A stretch of 64,000 nucleotides of DNA from the human T2T-CHM13v2.0 reference genome, Homo sapiens. The notes beneath the pieces were generated by a model. The model made no database searches, was not told the origin of the DNA, and saw only the letters and a program-made list of their open reading frames with translations. This document shows positions 38,342 through 52,435 of the stretch, piece after piece. Made by a program: the position numbers and the translations under genes. The stretch lies in the NCBI RefSeq assembly GCF_009914755.1, contig NC_060933.1. The stretch is one strand, 5' to 3'. Each line of letters begins with the position of its first letter. Positions within the stretch are counted from its first letter, which is position 1.

Positions 38342-39723
38342 AGGCCTCCCACCCAGCCTCTCTAACAGAGAGCTAATCCCCCGCTCAGGCCTCCATGAAA
38401 ACACGTTTTCCCTTTAACATCCCGCACCTTCCAGTAAGTTCCGTGCAGAACCTCTTCTCCATCACACCGTCCACTTCCCCATCTGAAGGCCTTTCCTCTT
38501 CCTTTCCCCTTAGAGCTTGAAGGAGACCCCACATACCTACAGGAAAGCCACCTGGGGGCTTCGTGGACCCACGTGGTGGCTCAGCTCTGCCCTCCCGCTG
38601 AGGACCTCTGCCTCCCTTTATCAGCCGTTTTGGGAACTCCAACATCGAAGCCTCCTGTTAACACAACAGTCCCTGATAGAGATTAACTCAATGCAAATGA
38701 AAGGATTTGAGAGCCGAGATCACCAGCCTGCTACCTACCCCTGCTCCCCCTTGGGATTCACTTCCATGAACACCTCAATTTCATCCCCTCTAGGGCCAGA
38801 GGGATCATAAAGGAAGCAATAATCACAGCTACCATTAGCCACCCTTTAATGAGCGGGTGAGTGCCCTTTCTGCATCAGACACAGTATTTCCGTACATCAT
38901 TAGTGCCAATCCTCACAATAATCCTGTGTTCATCTCCCTAATTTACAAAGAGGAAACTGAGCCACATTCCCAAGGTCACATAACTAGCAACGAGTGAAGA
39001 AGCCAAGATTAGTGTCCAGACTGAATCATTCCAGACACCTGTGACATAGTCATGCTTTAAGGTGGCACCTTTGGCCACAAGTCCAAAGACATTTTTAATA
39101 TTAGGCTTTTTTTCCTTTTTTTTTTTTTTTTTCCAATTTTCTGTCCCGAAATGCCATTCATCACTTCTGCCATTTTAGTTCTTATAAATGCATGGAGTGC
39201 CTCCCCACCCTACCCCCACCCCATAGCCTCTACGTAACTGGTCCTGCGTCCTAGCTCCCGGCCAGGATGGGAGGAAAGAAAGCCAGAAGATAAGTCGTAG
39301 AAGACTTCTTCTGTTGGAGTCACCTTCTGAATAAAGATAGTTTCTCCCTTTTGCCTCTGCCTTTAGGTTGTTGAAGTCAAAGGGTAAACTTTTTAAAATG
39401 AAAACCAAAAAAAAAGTGAAAATGTCCAAACTGTCATTTTGAATTTAAAGTCTTATGCACCCAGACACCAATACCGACTTGTAAACACCCCCAGGAGCAA
39501 AGCTCTGCTAGACAGGCAGGAGCTCTGTGGTGTTTATTCACCTATGAAACTTCTCCAAGGAACAGTTGCTATCAAGATCTTCCCTGGAATGGGAGCCAGT
39601 TCAAAAGCTCTGAGCAGGAGACTATAAATAAAACAAAGTTATTGGTGGAGGGCAAAGCTGGCTGCTTTTCAAAGGAGGTTGTAGCCATCCTGGCCACAAA
39701 TATGTCTGGGTGCCTGCTGGGTG

Positions 39724-39725
<2 letters not shown>

Positions 39726-39769
<44 letters not shown>
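39726..39769. repeat. (GT)n microsatellite, about 22 units
   Basis: Pure GT run. Confidence 0.95.
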
Positions 39770-39770
<1 letters not shown>

Positions 39771-39999
39771 GGAGAGGGAGGTAGAAGGTGGGGATTATGT
39801 GTCTGCTCAGGTGGCCTCAGAGACAGCAGGGTGGTCTGAGGAGAGAGCACTGGACTGGGAGTTAGGAACGTGGCTTCTAATTCTGGCTTCAGCATTGACT
39901 GGCAGATTTTATGCAAATGATTAGACAAGTGTATGTTTTAGTTTCCTCCCCCGTAAAATGGGCAGAGAGAGTGATGAGAAGCTTCCATCATAAGAGCGA

Positions 40000-40255
40000 G
40001 TGTAACATAGGAGCAAAGAGCACAGGCTCTAGAACCAGACTGCCAGGGTTTAAATCTCAGCTCTACCTCTTACTAAATATATGGCCTTGGGTGAATTATT
40101 CCTTCTCTGTGTGTCTCAGGTTCTCTGTCTGTAAAATGGAAATGGTGATAATAATAGACCTATTTTAGTGAGTTGACACGAGGATTAAGTGAGTTAGTGA
40201 CATTTATAAAGTATTTAAACAGTGATTATCACATATTAAGTACTCAAAAATTAAA
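40000..40255 (+). mobile_element. MIR, near full length
   Basis: AAGAGCACAGGCTCTAGAACCAGACTGCC...TCTGTAAAATGG...GAGGATTAAGTGAG. Confidence 0.8.
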
Positions 40256-40281
40256 AGCAACTATTATATACAAAACACTTA

Positions 40282-41100
<819 letters not shown>

Positions 41101-41195
41101 ATACATTTTGTAAAACTGATCAACATAATAATAAAGAGTACCATGCTTGGATTCGGGAGACCTGAGTTCTCAGCCCAACTTGTTTGTTCACGTTC

Positions 41196-41690
41196 TGTAT
41201 CAGTTAGAATTCAATTCAACTGTAAATGATAGAGAAGTGAAATAACAATTGTTGAAAAAAATAGAATTTTATTTCTCTTTCACATAAAGTCTGGCGATTA
41301 ACATTCCAGAGCTGGTATGACAATTCTATAATTAATGGAGACCCAGAATTCTATCTTATTGCTCTCCGATTCTCCAGGAAGAATTTCCACCTCATAGTCC
41401 AGGATGGCTGCTTAAACTCTAGCTATCTAATCTGCAGCCCAGCCTGCAGGAAGGAAGGAGGATCTGTCCACGTCAAACTCTGACCTTTAAGTGTACTTCC
41501 CAGGAATTACTCACACCACTTCTATTTACATCCCAGTGGCCAGAATTTAGTCATGCAACCACACCTCACTAGAAAATACAGCCTTTATTCCAGACAACCA
41601 GACAATAAGGTCCGCAGCTGAAAGGTAGGGAGAAGGGAATGGCATTTCCAGGAAAGAAGGGGAGGATAGATATTGCAAGACACCCAGCAG
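41196..41690. mobile_element. MLT1-type MaLR LTR
   Basis: TGTATCAGTTAG start; CTCATAGTCCAGGATGGCTGC and GGCCAGAATTTAGTCATG motifs. Confidence 0.6.
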
Positions 41691-42347
41691 GCTCAGCCAT
41701 GCTTGGCTATGTGATTTTGAGCAAGCCACAGATTTAACCAAAATAAGAGAATCAGGCCAGGTGACCTCCTTCCAAAGTCCTTTTGGGTTCTAAAGTTCTA
41801 TAATTCAGTGGCTGATTGATTTTATAATTCCTTTAAACCTAGGTGAATCTGACGTCATTCAAATGAAATGAGACCTCTGTGCCAAATACATGCCATAATC
41901 AATTGTTGGAATGTAAATCTTCTGGTGAAGAGAAAGGATTTAGGAACTTTGCCTTCTTGACTGTTGTCAAAATAGGCTAAGCAGATCTAGCAGATAAAAG
42001 TCCAACGGTAGGGATGATACCACCTGCATTGACACTTTGATGCTCCTCAGTTTCCAAGCTTGCTCTTGCTCTTTTGTACCTGTTTGGTTTCTCTGCTTGG
42101 AATTTAGGGAGCTGTGTTTATTGAGGGGAAGACAGCAACCCCAGGGAGCTCTATTGGCCCCCAATTATACAATACGAAATAGCAGAACAAATGGTCTGTG
42201 TGCCAGGATTCAGTGGTCTGTTGTTCCTAATACGTTAAATTGTGATTATATTATTTTTTATTGAAATGTAGTTCACCAACCATACAATTTACCACTTTAA
42301 ATGTGTACATTTCAATGGTTTTAGCTGATGGACTTTTGGATTGTTTT

Positions 42348-42640
42348 CTTTTTTTTGAGTCTCACTCTGTCACCAGGCTGGAGTGCAGTGACGCAATCTC
42401 AGCTCACTTCTCAGCTCACTGCAACCTCCACCTACCGGGTTCAAGGTATTCTCTTGCCTCAGCCACATGAGTAGCTGGAACTACAGGCGTGTGCCACCAT
42501 GCCCAGCTAATTTTTGTATTTTTAGTAGAGACAGGGTTTCACCATGTTGGCCAGGCTGGTCTCAATCTCTTGACCTTGTGATCCGCCCACCTCAGCCTCC
42601 CAAAGTGCTGGGATTACAGGCGTGAGCCACGGCGCCCATC
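42348..42640 (-). mobile_element. AluS
   Basis: Antisense dimer with a 12-nt internal duplication TCTCAGCTCACT. Confidence 0.85.
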
Positions 42641-43109
42641 CTGGATTGCTTTCTTCTTTTGGTTATTGTGACTCTGGAGCCAGATGGACCCAGGTTGCTA
42701 GTTGGGTGAACTTGGAGAATGTTACTTAAATTTTCTGAGCCTTGGTTTCTTCTTCTTTAATAAGAGGATGATAATACCCACTTTACAAAGATAAAACAAA
42801 ATGAAGAATTTAAGCTTCTTGCTCTATATTTGGTTTTCAATGAATGGGAATATTATTCTGCTAAATGGTCAAATTGATAAAGAGAGGAACCACATCAGGT
42901 TTGTCCATACCTACTTCTCAACATCTAGTACAGAGCCTAGCACGCAGGCAGTGACCGGTAAATATTTTTTGAAAAAATAACTAAACAACCACAAAACCCT
43001 TATTTTGAGGCACATTCCTCAAGAATAATAAGCCACAGAACAAGATTTGGGAAGTGCTTTCTTAAATTTGAACTTAGTATATTCAGTTGGTGCATTTGCT
43101 CACCTTCTA

Positions 43110-44360
43110 TTTTTTATACATTTTTAAAAATTGTGGTAAAATGTGCATAACAGAAAGTTGACCACTGTAACCATTTTTAAAGTGTACATTTCAATGGCAT
43201 TAAGTACATTCACATTGTTATACATCCATCACCACCATCCTCCTCCAGCACTTTTTTCATCTTCCCAAACTGAAACTTTATACCCATGAAATGGCACAAC
43301 AACTCCCCCTCCCATCCTCCCTTCCCTCCACTTTATTCCTGGCAACCACTATTCTAGTTTCTGCCTATGAATTTGACCACTCTCATATAACCTCATATAA
43401 GTGGAATTGTACATTATTTGTTTGTGACTGGCTTATTTCACTTAGCATAATGTCTTCAATGTCCATTCAAGCTGAAGTATATGTCACAATTTCCTTCCTT
43501 TTTAAGGAATAGTAGTTCATGGTATGTATAGATCACATTGTGTTTCTCCATTCATCTGCCAATGGACACTTGGGTTGTTTCTACCTTTTGGCTCTTGTGA
43601 ATAATGCTGCTATGAACGTGAGTGTACAAATATCTCTTCAAGACCCTGCTTTCAGTTCTTTGGGATAATACCCATAAGTGGAATTGCTGGATCATGTGGT
43701 AATTCTTTTAAGATTTTCTGAGGAACTATTCTACTGTTTTCCATAGCAGTTGCCCCATTTTACATTTCCATCAGCAGTGCACCAGGGTTTCAATTTCCCC
43801 ACTTCCTCACCAACACTTGTTATTTTGGGGTTTGGGGTTTCTTTTTTCTTTTTTCCTAATAGCTATCCTAATGGATGTGAGGTGGTATCTCACTGTGGTG
43901 TGGTTTTAATTTGCATTTCTCTAATGATTAGTGATTTGAGCATCCTTTCAAGTGCTTGTTGTCCACTTGTATATCTTCTTTGGGGAAATGTCTATTCAAG
44001 TCTTTTGCCCATTTTGCAATCAGATTGGGTTTTTTGTCGTTGTTAAGTTGTAGGAGTTATTGATATACTTTGGATGTTAATTCCTTATCAGATATATGAT
44101 TTGTAATATTTTCTCCCATTCAGTGTATTGGTTTTTCACTCTGTTGATAGTGTCCTTTGATGCAGAAAGGCTTTTAATTTTGATGTAGTTCAGCTTATTT
44201 TTTCTTTTGTTGCTGGTGCCTTTGGTGTCATATCCAAGAAATCACTGCCAAATCCAATGTCATGAAGTCTCTTCCTTTTCTCCTAAGAGTTTTATCATTT
44301 TAACTCTTAGACATTTAGGTATTTGATCCATTTTGAGTAATTTTTTTGTGTGTATGAGAT
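43110..44360 (-). mobile_element. L1MB-like 3' portion
   Basis: GGCATTAAGTACATTCACATTGTT; GTGGAATTGCTGGATCATG; TTTAATTTGCATTTCTCTAATGA. Confidence 0.85.
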
Positions 44361-44500
44361 AAGTAAGACTCATTATCTCCTTTTGAGAACTAAGTATGAG
44401 TGCCTGAGCCTTTCCTCATTTGTGATTAGTAATCCCAGACTGGACATTCACCTGTTCTCTGGATAGATGTTCATTATTTTACTATTGTTAATAATACCAT

Positions 44501-44856
44501 TGTCTTAGGCTGTTCTTATACTGCTGATAAAGACATGTCCGAGACTGGTCAATTTACAACAGAAAGAGGTTTAATGGACTTACAGTTCCGCATGGCTGGG
44601 GAAGCCTCACAACCATGGTGGAAGGCAAGGAGGAGCAAGTCACATCTTACATGGATGGCAGCAGGCAAAAAGAGAGAGCTCATGCAGGGAAATTCCCCTT
44701 TATAAAACCATCAGATCTCGTGAGACTTATTCACTATCATGAGAACAGCAGGGGAAAGACCTGCCCCCATGGTTCAATTACCTCCCACCAGGTCCCTGCC
44801 ACAACACATGGGAATTCAAGATGAGATTTGGGTGGGGACACAGTCAAACCATATCA
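44501..44856 (-). mobile_element. THE1 solo LTR
   Basis: About 355 bp, TG...CA, CTGCTGATAAAGACAT, AAAACCATCAGATCTCGTGAGACTTATTCACTATCATGAGAACAGC. Confidence 0.9.
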
Positions 44857-44946
44857 ACTACCTTGCAGATACTTAATAGTTTATATTTTCCCAACTGCTC
44901 AATAATCAGGGAGAGCTATTGTCCGTGGTTTAAAAGTGAAAATTCT

Positions 44947-45270
<324 letters not shown>

Positions 45271-45458
45271 GATTCTGATACAGAGCAGGCTTGAATGACT
45301 TACCTGAGATCTAATGGCCAGCAAGCCATGAAAACTTAGCTCAGATGGCCTAACTCCTGATTCTGGGATCATTGGTTAGTTCCCTAAGATACAATGTTTT
45401 ATCTTGCTGTGGTTTTCCTTCACTGATTTATTCATTAATTCATCAAACATTATTTTTC

Positions 45459-45942
<484 letters not shown>

Positions 45943-47382
45943 TATACATGGATTTAAAGTGATATACTTAAGTCTCTTCTCATGGAAGCTAAGAGAATGG
46001 GCTCTGGAGCCAGACTGCCTGGCTGTGTGTGTGAGACCTTAGGAAAATTATTAACCTCTCTCAGACTGAGTTTTCTTATTTGTAAAATGGAAAGAATAGT
46101 CCCTTCCTCATAGAATCATTGTGAAAGTTAAATGTGTTAATGCATGGGAAGTACATGATTAATCTTATTGCAATGGCTCAATGTTAACTATTATATATTT
46201 GTCTTCTTAACAACCAACCAACCGACCAATAAAAGCTGAATTCTAAGAACGGCCAGAGAGAATTCATGGTTTAAAGCCTTGGTTCCCCTATTTAGCTGTG
46301 TGTACCAGTATCACCTGTGATGCTTGTCTGTAACATGGCGTCTAGAGTCCAGTCTTGGAAATTCTACTTCAGAAGGGAGATAAGAAGCGCTGTGTTTTAA
46401 CAAATTCCACAAGTGATGCAGATCCACGAACAGGTGTGGAACCACTGACTTAAGCCTGACCCAGATGCCAGTATGAATGGCATTCCCATGAGTACCCACA
46501 GGGCCTCAGCAGCCTGCTTGCTTCTCCCTCACGTGTCACCAGCCTTCAGCTCTGAATCCTGCATCCCACTGGCTTAGGCTGACTTCCTAAGGGGCAGTCA
46601 GTGGAACTTAGGTTGCATTTGGTTGGCTGAACTAGAAGACCCAAGCAAGGTGTCATGAACGATCCATTCACCCTTCTTCCAAGTCCCTCCTGTGTGCCAG
46701 GTCCTGTGATTAGGACTTTCTTGCTCCACATTTCTCTCCCCAGTCTGGCAGCAGAGCATTCAGCAGACATTTCCAGTGGGCTCACTCTGTACTTGGTGCC
46801 TCATGCTTGGTGTTGGGGACACAGTTCAGACACAGTTCAGAACCTGGCCTGGTGTAGCCTCTTCAGCCACCTTGCTTATCTACTATGGCTCAGGCTGGAC
46901 ACCCTGTAAAAGGACCTCTGTGTGCTTGAACTTGCTTCCGCACCTCCTACCTGGCCATTCCTTCTCCCTCATCTCTAGGATTTGATACATGCCTTGTTTT
47001 CCCAGGCCTGACCTTGACTCTTCCCAACTCACTTTGGATATTAATTCTACTTGTCAGGACTTCTAGGACCCCCTCCCCTGGGGCTGTTCCCATTTCCACC
47101 TGATTGGCTCAGTCTTTTAGGCAAGACCCAAGCCTAAACTCCAGAGGCCCAGTTCTCTTCCATTTTGAAAATAGTCACCATACGGCTCTAACATTTTGAA
47201 AGTGTGTTGGACTCTTGGACTCTCTGCTAAAGTTTTTCTTTATACTTTTTTTCATGCGTGCACGCTTGCACACATGTGCGTGTATCTTATTTATTTTAAT
47301 TGCCCCTTCTAGAGAGACACCTCACATAACCATTTTTGTGTTTTAATTGTTAGTAGAAATTTTAGTTGTTTGAATTCTAAAG

Positions 47383-47672
47383 CTTTTTTTTTTGAGATGG
47401 AGTCTTGCTTTGTCGCCCAGTCTGGGGTGCAGTGGTGTGGTCTTGGCTCACTGCAACCTTCGTATCCCAGGTTCAAGCAATACTCCTGCCTCAGCCTACT
47501 GAGTAGCTGGGATTATAGGCACCTGCCACCAAGCCTGACTAATTTTTGTATTTTCAGTAGAGACACGGTTTTGCCATGTTGGCCAGGCTGGTCTCGAATT
47601 CCTGACCTCAGGTGATCCGCCCGCCTCAGCCTCCCCAAGTGCTGGGATTACAGGCATGAGCCACCGCACCCA
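47383..47672 (-). mobile_element. AluS
   Basis: TSD TGAATTCTAAAGCTTTT. Confidence 0.88.
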
Positions 47673-47781
47673 GTGAATTCTAAAGCTTTTGTCCCAGTAT
47701 TTCTCCTATGTCGCAAATCAAGGCACACAAAATGAGTGACAGTGATTGACTTACCTTAGCGTCTGAGTAGAGATTAAGAGC

Positions 47782-47828
47782 CCATTACTTTTAATGGCAA
47801 AAACTGCAATTACCTTTGCACCAACCTA
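47782..47828. mobile_element. MADE1 (Hsmar1 MITE), one arm only
   Basis: CCATTACTTTTAATGGCAAAAACTGCAATTACCTTTGCACCAACCTA. Confidence 0.85.
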
Positions 47829-48244
47829 GTACTTCATGGGATGGTGGTGAGGATAAAATGGTTATATCCGTAAACACTGAAGGCTCAGCAATAATAAATA
47901 TTTGATAAATGAATAATTATCATAGGTACAGCTGGTGACTACTGACTATGTGTTTTACTCACATTATCTTCAATCTTGACAATGCTCTTGGAAGATTGGT
48001 ACTATGATACACACTTCCAGAGAAGAGAGATGATCCCTGCTTCCAACCCCACTTCATGTCACCCAACCAAAAGTGGTAAGAGCTGAGGCTTGTGGTAAGA
48101 GCTGAGGCTTGTGCTAAGGCCTGATTCCCAAGCTGTCTCTCCTCTTCTTCCAAAACAAGTTCTACCAAGCTCCCGTCTCTCTCTCTCTCCACTCAGCTAA
48201 AAATATCCTGAACAGCATCCTCATTAGCTAATATGCATAAATTA

Positions 48245-48597
<353 letters not shown>

Positions 48598-49601
48598 ACC
48601 TTGCTGAAAATAATTGGCTCATTCAAAGGAAAGGCTTCCACCTCCATGAAGGAAGGAGCTGGGTTGCTCCGTGAAGGCTGTTCTGAATTCAGCAAAGGCA
48701 GCTGCCTGTGGAAGCTCCCCCTGCTTCTGGGCCTGTGCTGCTAGCCGGATGGCAGCTTAGCAGAGTGGAAAACCAACTCCCTTTGTTCACATACCTGCTG
48801 CATTTGAGCTAGGGGACTTTGGGCAAGTCCCTTCCAGTTTCCCAAGCGTCAGTCTCCTCAGCTATTACATCGAGATCATAGAAGTGCTTGCCTTATAGGG
48901 TTGTGGTGAGGATGAAATGAGATCATCCATGGGGCCTGACATGTAATATGTGGCCCTTCAAAAGCTGGGAGCTCCCATGATGTTGGGTATGAAGTAAACC
49001 ACTGACATTTGCAGCTGAGGCAGGATAGCCTAGTGGTTAAGAGCATAAGGTTTGGAGCTGGAAAGTTCATACCTCAAACCCCAGCAGGTACCATGTTCTG
49101 GTTCTGTGACAGCCTCCTTCTCTCTCTAAGACTCTGGTAGTAAAAAAGATACAATACATATAAGGAACTCCAGAATGAACAGTGGCTGCGATCACAGCAA
49201 GCCTGCCCAACCAGATCATCCCTCTAATAGCCGTTGGAGTAATTGATTTCTGCTTCTAGGGCAAATGCACACAGACACCATCGAGTGTTCTTCTTGAGGC
49301 AGAGCACGTGTGCTCCAGGGCAGCTAAAGCCAAACTGTCTGCCCTGACTTCTCCTGCTGGTTATGTGGCCAATGACAGCTTAATGGACTCTTTACCCTTG
49401 AATGCTAAGGGGAAAATAACTCACAGCATTATAACATATGAATGTGATGTAGGTTTTTTTTCTTGAGCAATGCAGAGAGCGAGCCAGAAACATATGTAGA
49501 ATTGAACCTCCCTTTTCCTGGCCCTGTCTGTATAGGAGACAGATTTAGCCATTGCAATTACCCATATCATTCATGGTTGTAAAATATAGCCACATCCATC
49601 C

Positions 49602-49637
49602 GTGTGTGTGTGTGTGTATGTGTGTGTGTGTGTGTGT
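49602..49637. repeat. (GT)n microsatellite
   Basis: Interrupted GT run; a CA run follows at about 49767-49819. Confidence 0.9.
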
Positions 49638-49872
49638 TTTCCTGAATGATCTGAGGCTAACAAAACAGAGTATGTAGTCATCTTATTATGTGAGGACTGT
49701 GAATGCCTCTAAATTATTGATTTTCCAGGGACAAGCCGTTCCTCTTGGAATAAACGGATGGCTGTGCACACACACACATACACACACGTGCACCCACCCA
49801 CACACACACACACACACAGACTTTGTTGTTATGAGGAAGCTAGTCAAAGATCTACCTGTGCAACTTTTAGAA

Positions 49873-50210
49873 AGCCATACAGGCGCAGTGGCTCACACCT
49901 GTAATCCCAGCATTCTGGGAGGCCGAGGCATGTGGATCACTTGAGGTCAGAAGTTTGAGACCAGCCTGGCCAACATGGGGAAACCTTGTCTCTACCAAAA
50001 ATACAAAAAAAGTTGGCCAGACGTGGTGACGTGTGCTTGTGGCCCCAGATACTCAGGAGGCTAAGGCATGAGAATCTCTTCAGCCCAGGAGGCGGAGGTT
50101 GCAGTGAGCCAAGATTGTACCACTGCACTCCAGCCTGGGCAATAAAGGGAGACTCTGTGTCAAAAAAAAAAAAAAAAAAAAAAAGACAGACAGAAAGAAA
50201 GAAAGAAAGA
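49873..50210 (+). mobile_element. AluS
   Basis: Dimer with A / GAAA tail. Confidence 0.85.
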
Positions 50211-51309
50211 AAGCTGTGCTGTCCTGACCAGATAGTCAGGGAATCTCCTCTGTGGGAAGCTAAAAATGTCCTCAGCTGCACAGTCTGAGGGAGGAGACAG
50301 TCAGTGGCAGCCACGGAGGCCTCCTTGAGGCTGAGAGGGGAGGGTGAGGCAGGGGACAAGGGCAAGGGGGGTGTGGGACACTGGTGAGACCATAGACTTG
50401 AGAAATCAGGCTGGACTGACCTGGGCTCAAATCCACCATCCTGACTTGGGGCAAGCATCTTCCTTATCTTGGAGCCTCAGTTTCCCCAGCTGTGACATGT
50501 ACTTTGTATGGTGCTATGAGGATTGATGATAAACCAGGCTCAGGCCAGGCAAGACGTGAGGCACAGTGCCAGGCCCAGGGCGGTGCCGGGTACAAAGTGG
50601 CTCTTCCCCTTTGGGAGGAGATTCAGGCCAGGCAGAAGGCTTGCAGCGTCCCAGGTCCCAGGCAGTGCCAGGAATGTCCGCTGCAGCCACCCAGAGCCTC
50701 CCGGAATAGGAAGTGTGTGGAAGCGCGCGGCTCTCCATCTGGTTAATGTTCGCTTGTGTTTCCTGCTGGAGAGCATCACTTTTTTCACCTCACCTGGTTT
50801 GTTTACCCAAACAAGCTGCTCATTAACAACACGAATTGCATTTTCTGCAATTCTGTTGACAGCACAAATGTCTGCAGTCAGCTTGGGAGTTTGGTGGGAA
50901 CTGTTGCTGGATCTTGCGTGGCCTAGCCAGCATAGCTTTTGAAGAAAGAAATCAAGGCCACACTGGGGTCTGGGGGAGGAGCATGGTGGCCTGGCTGGGG
51001 TCTGCTGGCAAGTCCAGCCCCAGGTCTCCAGCCTCTGAATGGGGACAGGGCCCTGGGCCCTCCCAGGAGAGGTAAGACACTTGGCAAAAAACAAAAACAG
51101 ACAGGAGATTTTCAGGTGTGGGGCATAGGGGTGGGGATGGAAACAGATGTGACAGAGATGAAACCCTAGACAGAGGTGCAGACCTGGGGGGCCCAGCCTC
51201 CAGCAGAGAGACCCTGAGGGGCTTCCCTCATGGGCCTGGCAAACCCTATGTTCAGCTGCCTTCAGCACCCCCAAGCAACAAGAAGTGGATGAGAAAAATA
51301 ATTATCCCA

Positions 51310-51590
51310 GCTGGGTGCAGTGGCTCATGCCTGTAATTCCAACATTTTGGGAGGCCAAGGCAGGCAGATGGCTTGAGCTCAGGAGTTTGAGACCAGGCTG
51401 GGCAAAATGGCGAAACCCCATCTCTACAAAAAAAAAAACACAAAAAAATTAGCCAAGCATAGGGGTGCACACCTGTGGTCCCAGCTACTCAGGATGCTGA
51501 AATGGGAGGATTGCTTGAGCCCAGGAGGTCAAGGCTCCAATGCACTGAGATCACACTACTGCACTCCAGCCTGAGTGACTGGATAATAAA
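51310..51590 (+). mobile_element. AluJ
   Basis: Dimer. Confidence 0.82.
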
Positions 51591-51706
51591 ATATTATTAT
51601 TAATAATATTATTATTCCTTTCCTTGGTTTTGCCCCAAAAGATTGAGCTCAATCTGGTTTGCCAAAGCCCTGCCCTCTCATCTCAGCTGCTCAAAAAGAA
51701 GGACAA

Positions 51707-52012
51707 GGCCTGGTGCAATGGCTCATACTTGTAGTTCCAGTGCTCTTGGAGACCAAGGCGGGAGGATTGCTTGAGGCCAGGAATTCGAGACCAATCTGGG
51801 CAACATAGCAAGACCCTGTCTCTACCAAAAAAAAAAAAAAAAGAAAAAAAAACACATTGTTTTAATTAGCTGGGTGTGGTGTTGCATACCTGTAGTCCTA
51901 GCTACTGGGGAGGCTAAGGTAGGGGGATGGCTTGAGCCCAGGAGTTTGAGGCTGCAGCGAGCTATGATTGTGCTACTGCACTCCAGCCTGGGCAACAGAG
52001 CAAGACTGTGTC
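51707..52012 (+). mobile_element. AluJ
   Basis: Dimer whose tail has expanded into a purine microsatellite. Confidence 0.82.
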
Positions 52013-52016
52013 AGGA

Positions 52017-52107
<91 letters not shown>

Positions 52108-52229
52108 GAAGGAAGGAAGGAAGGAAGGAAAGAAAGAAGGAAAGAAAGAAGGAAGGAAGGAAGGAAAGAGAGAAAGAAGGGAAGGAGGGAAGGAAGGGAG
52201 AGAGAGAGAGAAAGAAAGAAAGAGAAAGA
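52013..52229 (+). repeat. (GAAA)~23 (GGAA)6 compound polypurine tract
   Basis: 217 nt with no pyrimidine on the plus strand. Confidence 0.95.
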
Positions 52230-52435
52230 CAAGGTTTTTAATGCATGTGTTTGTTTATTTTACATTATTGCCCTCAGAATGCTTTCTCTTCTGCCTGTTT
52301 CCTCATTCAATACATTTCTATTGAAGGCTAATTGCACAGCAATGGGAGCTGAGGGATATTAAAGTGAAAAAACACACACCTTCCCCTCATGGCATTTACA
52401 GTCTAGCGGAAGGGATGATATTAAATAGCGTAACA

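Noticed and set aside
37358-38404. Long ORFs (146-289 aa) across the CpG island
   Set aside because: Pro/Arg/Ala/Gly-rich in several frames, as expected from stop-codon scarcity in GC-rich DNA; no recognisable domain.
38691-38698. Octamer ATGCAAAT (also at 39911) suggesting an snRNA-type promoter together with the ZNF143 motif
   Set aside because: No PSE or snRNA body was recognised, and an 8-mer occurs by chance at this scale.
47782-47828. miR-548-family hairpin
   Set aside because: Only one MADE1 arm is present, so the long precursor stem cannot form.
48073-48118. 19-bp tandem duplication GTGGTAAGAGCTGAGGCTT
   Set aside because: Ordinary slippage duplication in MIR-like sequence.
50523-51274. 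139-aa and 244-aa ORFs in unique sequence
   Set aside because: No clear ATG/Kozak or splice support and no recognisable domain; a regulatory role fits better.
51874-52362. Lys/Glu/Arg-rich ORFs
   Set aside because: Translation of the GAAA/GGAA microsatellite.
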